Positions 62,700 to 64,000 of a stretch of 64,000 bases of DNA are shown one piece after another. The DNA is from Mobula hypostoma (lineage: Eukaryota). Position 1 is the stretch's first letter; the number at the start of each line of letters is the position of its first letter. A model generated the notes under the pieces. It did no database searches, had not been told where the DNA came from, and was given only the letters and a program-made list of their open reading frames with translations. The stretch spans positions 52,950,001 through 53,014,000 of the forward strand of contig NC_086108.1 of assembly GCF_963921235.1 (NCBI RefSeq), read 5' to 3'. The translations under genes and the position numbers were made by a program.

Positions 62700-63260
62700 T
62701 TGAAGATTCCTATCCATGGACCATTTGTCTACCACTCAGATTCATAAACATCTGTGATCAATTTGAAGTGGTCTTGAATGCTAGAGTGAATTCCAGCAAA
62801 AGCAAGGCCATGTTACTTAACAACTGGTTCAACACACAAAAATTATTTGAGGTGCTCAGTAGGTCAAACAGCATGAATGTCGTCACTTTGGGCTGAGACC
62901 TTTCATCAGGTCATGACCTGCAGTCTCTCTTGAGTCTTACTTAATAACTGGTTAGCTTGGTCCTTTGTTCCCTTACTGTCAAATCTGATTACTTGAAGGT
63001 GCCAATGAAATGGGAACACATCTCAGATGACTTCCACAACGCAACTGTGGCACATTGAACAATATTGGGAAACATCTCAAAACTGTTGGCAAGGTTCTCT
63101 CCCACAGTGGAGATGGAATCCATTTTCTGCTTCACCTTGGCTGTGAGCTCCCTCCATTTCCTGTTGCATCCCCTCCTCCTACAAACCATATTTTCAACAC
63201 CTTCTAGAAATAAAGTTTCCCTTGATTCTTTCCTGAAGTAACTGGGTTGTCCTGTTAACG
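62700..63260. mobile_element. Tx1/L1-clade RT remnants in opposite orientations, with a degenerate pLTR scrap at ~62831-62912
   Basis: Plus strand INICDQFEVVLNARVNSSKSKAMLLNNW; minus strand GCNRKWRELTAKVKQK...ISTVGENL. Confidence 0.6.
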
Positions 63261-63339
63261 TTAAGCTGACTGCCCCAATACTATGAGAATATTTAGAAGA
63301 TTGAGAGGAAGCCCCATTGAATCATTTTTTGTCTGAGTG

Positions 63340-63685
63340 GACTTGGCAGGACAGATGCTACAAAAATATTTGCCTATTGGGACATTCTAGAACCAAGACT
63401 ACAGTTTCAGGTAAAGGATTAACTAATTAAAACTTAGATAACGATGTATTCCTTCTTGCAGTTGGACATGAATGTTTGGAATTCTCTGTCCAAGGGAGCC
63501 ATAGATGTAGAGTCAAACTATATTTAAAGTATATTCAAGAATTTTAGATTGTAGCAGAATCAGGAATCATGGGAATGGGGCAGAAGAGTGGAGCTCAGCC
63601 CAGAGATCGGAAAACCATGATCTCACTGGGTGGAGAAGAACCTCTAGAATAGACCATATGGCCTACTCCTTTTTCTGTTTTAAAC
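63340..63685 (+). mobile_element. Old CR1 3' end
   Basis: tctagaaccaag..., tttggaattctctgtcc, tggcctactcct 3' UTR motif. Confidence 0.65.
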
Positions 63686-64000
63686 GTTGTTACAAACTTA
63701 CTTGGATATCAGATGAAGATATGTCCCAGTGATAGAATCATCTTACTGAGATGATGCTGTGGTAGAAGGGCTTTCTTTCATTTGTTGTCCATTACTAAAG
63801 CAATGACTAAAAATGGAGGAATAGACATTTTGGTTGTGTACTGAAATGATTCCAGTATCAATGAGATAGTGTGTTAGCAAAGATGGGCATCTTCAGTAAT
63901 AGTCACAAACTCAGAAGAAAATGGCCTAGGAATTATTATTTTAACTTTAAAATAGCCGGTGTTATTAACATCCGTGCTGAGCAATTTTCATACTAGAGTG

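Noticed and set aside
1..64000. Prokaryotic systems (CRISPR, retron, DGR, operons)
   Set aside because: All RTs are eukaryotic LINE, PLE or Gypsy types; no repeat-spacer array or operon structure was seen; most short ORFs are antisense shadows of transposon ORFs called with GTG/TTG starts.

Overview
Eukaryotic, repeat-dominated window with no recognisable host protein-coding gene. The mix of CR1 and Rex1/Babar LINEs, a V-SINE, a Deu-domain SINE and Neptune-type Penelope elements suggests a cartilaginous fish, probably a ray or shark; this is an inference. Most of the window is nested transposon sequence: many CR1 copies (one with a near-complete ORF2), Rex1/Babar LINEs, three young Neptune-clade Penelope-like elements (PLEs) with minimal hammerhead ribozymes, two Dong/R4-type element ends at (TTA)n tracts, a decayed Gypsy element with an internal inversion, a solo LTR, a Tc1 transposon and an internally deleted hAT/Buster (Charlie-like) transposon. 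Highlights: (1) a near full-length PLE bracketed by two hammerheads about 3.5 kb apart; (2) a U_UUA_AAC slippery site joining CR1 ORF1 to an ATG-less ORF2 in the -1 frame; (3) repeated Dong/R4 insertion into the Rex1 3' UTR microsatellite; (4) a reconstructable ~6.9 kb inversion; (5) a four-level nested insertion cluster. Boundaries of old decayed repeats are approximate, and all family assignments come from motif recognition by eye, not from database searches.
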